Shown: in pieces, positions 62,901 to 64,000 of the stretch
How the letters are laid out: every line of letters starts with the position of its first letter
How positions within the stretch are numbered: position 1 is the first letter of the stretch
Assembly (NCBI RefSeq): GCF_964355755.1
Contig: NC_092675.1
Location: 24,090,912 to 24,154,911, forward strand
Length of the DNA: 64,000 bases
Reading direction: 5' to 3'
Origin: Antedon mediterranea
Lineage: Eukaryota; Animalia; Echinodermata
Notes under the pieces: generated by a model
Seen by the model: the letters and a program-made list of their open reading frames with translations, nothing else
The model's database searches: none
What the model was told of the DNA's origin: nothing
Made by a program: the position numbers and the translations under genes

Positions 62901-63555
62901 AAGGTTCTCATTTATTACAACCCCAAGAAATGTTACATTTTTTTGTTGTTCTAAAGTAATGTTATTCATTTTCAATTCAATGTTGGTTGTAATAATACGC
63001 CTTTGGGCAGTTTTAAAGATTACGTAATTTGTTTTGCTGGTGTTTAATAAAAGTTTATTAGCTTTGAACCACATATTAATTCTATCTAGTTCCACATTCA
63101 TAGTGTTTGCCAATGCGTTCAGGTTATTTCCACACTTGAATCCTGTTGTATCATCGGCAAAGCTAATTAATTCAATTTGTGTACTTGAGTTACATATATC
63201 GTTTACATATACAAGAAACAACAAAGGTCCCAAAACGGACCCTTGTGGAACACCAATACTAGTCTAGTCTGGTAATTAAAACCAAGTTGGAGACAAGTAT
63301 TCGTGAGCCTACTCATGAATATGTAGAATAATGATTGTTATAATAGGACAAATATCCTATAATATATATTTAATTAACTAACGTCTGAATGCTCAAATTA
63401 CAAACTTTGTTTTAAAATTGGTACACTTACCGAATTACAAATTTGTTGTTCATACAACATGTAAAGTGCAGAATTTGGGTCACCTAAATCATCAACATAT
63501 TCTGCATCTGAACTTCCAATACTGATAATGCGTATGGAAATAGAATATGTTGTAC
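59940..63555 (-). CDS. 3' part of a SEA-EGF-TM membrane mucin-like protein (gene begins right of the window)
   Basis: Exons 63431-63555 (SEA N-half, DLGDPNSALY), 61462-61684 (SEA C-half, FESGSIIA), 61070-61186 (EGF: CTSDYCSNGGTC...CKCSSGYEGDKC), 60407-60651 (TM plus tail), 60195-60272, 59940-60014 (stop). Phases are consistent. Confidence 0.88.
60842..60917. repeat. Short interstitial telomere-type (CCCTAA)n tract between 23-bp direct repeats
   Basis: AATGTTATAAAACGACAACATAA at 60842-60864 and 60895-60917 flanks CCTTAACCCCTAACCCCTAACCCTAACCCT. Confidence 0.85.
62001..63261 (-). mobile_element. 5'-truncated non-LTR retrotransposon (CR1/L2 group), RT C-terminal portion
   Basis: GVPQGSVLGPLLFLVYVND...FADD...FLGV...YGNIIWG...GPKLWN open to stop at 62322; 3' UTR ends AATAAA + (TGAAT)n near 62001-62030. 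Confidence 0.9.
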
Positions 63556-63587
63556 CTGAAAGAAATCGATGATTGGAATGACATAAT

Positions 63588-63957
63588 TATACAAAGTTTG
63601 TAATTGTAGTTTTTTCGTCTGGGAGTTGAGTAATTAGATGTTTTGCCCTACTCTGACGTCATTTGTACTTTATACCAAGTACATTTGAGTAGGGCAAAAC
63701 ATCTAATTACTCAACTCCCTGACGAAAAAACTACAATTACAATCCTGTTGGTGCAGTACCTGCTGCTTACTTGGGCTCGAATCTAACCACTAGTCATCAG
63801 CGCAAGCTCGGTGGTCTAGAGGTATGAACGCCAGGCTAGTGATCTGGAGGTCATGGGTTCGAGTCCCATCCGAGAACTACTAGTATTCTCAAATGTACTT
63901 AGTATAAAGTACAAATTACGTCAGAGTAGGGTAAAACATCTAATTATATACAAAGTT
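63588..63957 (+). mobile_element. Fold-back element containing a tRNA-like unit (63805-63877), flanked by an 11-bp direct repeat
   Basis: 56-bp inverted arms 63598-63653/63687-63742; 63888-63946 is inverted against 63631-63689; TATACAAAGTT at 63588 and 63947. Confidence 0.65.
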
Positions 63958-64000
63958 ATTTCTCAGGTAGCGGGAGTGATTTGTGTGGGGTGTTATAATG

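Overview
AT-rich, intron-rich metazoan DNA, probably an invertebrate deuterostome such as an echinoderm (inferred from Deu-type SINEs, SRCR/WSC/CTLD receptor architecture and TAGGCCTA-rich DNA; not provable here). I rebuilt genes by hand from GT-AG exons with consistent phases. From left to right the window holds: the 3' end of a coiled-coil gene (+); three adjacent single-pass membrane genes with Tyr-rich disordered tails (an adaptor-like gene with juxtamembrane CxxC on -, an SRCR-WSC receptor on +, a double C-type-lectin receptor on +); a 3.9-kb higher-order tandem array built entirely of two hairpin units, abutting a Penelope-like GIY-YIG remnant followed by two minimal hammerhead ribozymes; a multi-exon CSPP1 orthologue (-) with duplicated micro-exons; and the 3' part of a SEA-EGF-TM mucin-like gene (-). 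Interspersed are Helentron-like non-autonomous elements, MITEs (Harbinger-, Ginger-type), tRNA-derived SINEs and a truncated CR1/L2-type LINE. The best candidates for new biology are the putative receptor plus adaptor phosphotyrosine-signalling cluster and the hairpin satellite/Penelope/hammerhead locus. All coordinates were read by eye and no database searches were run.
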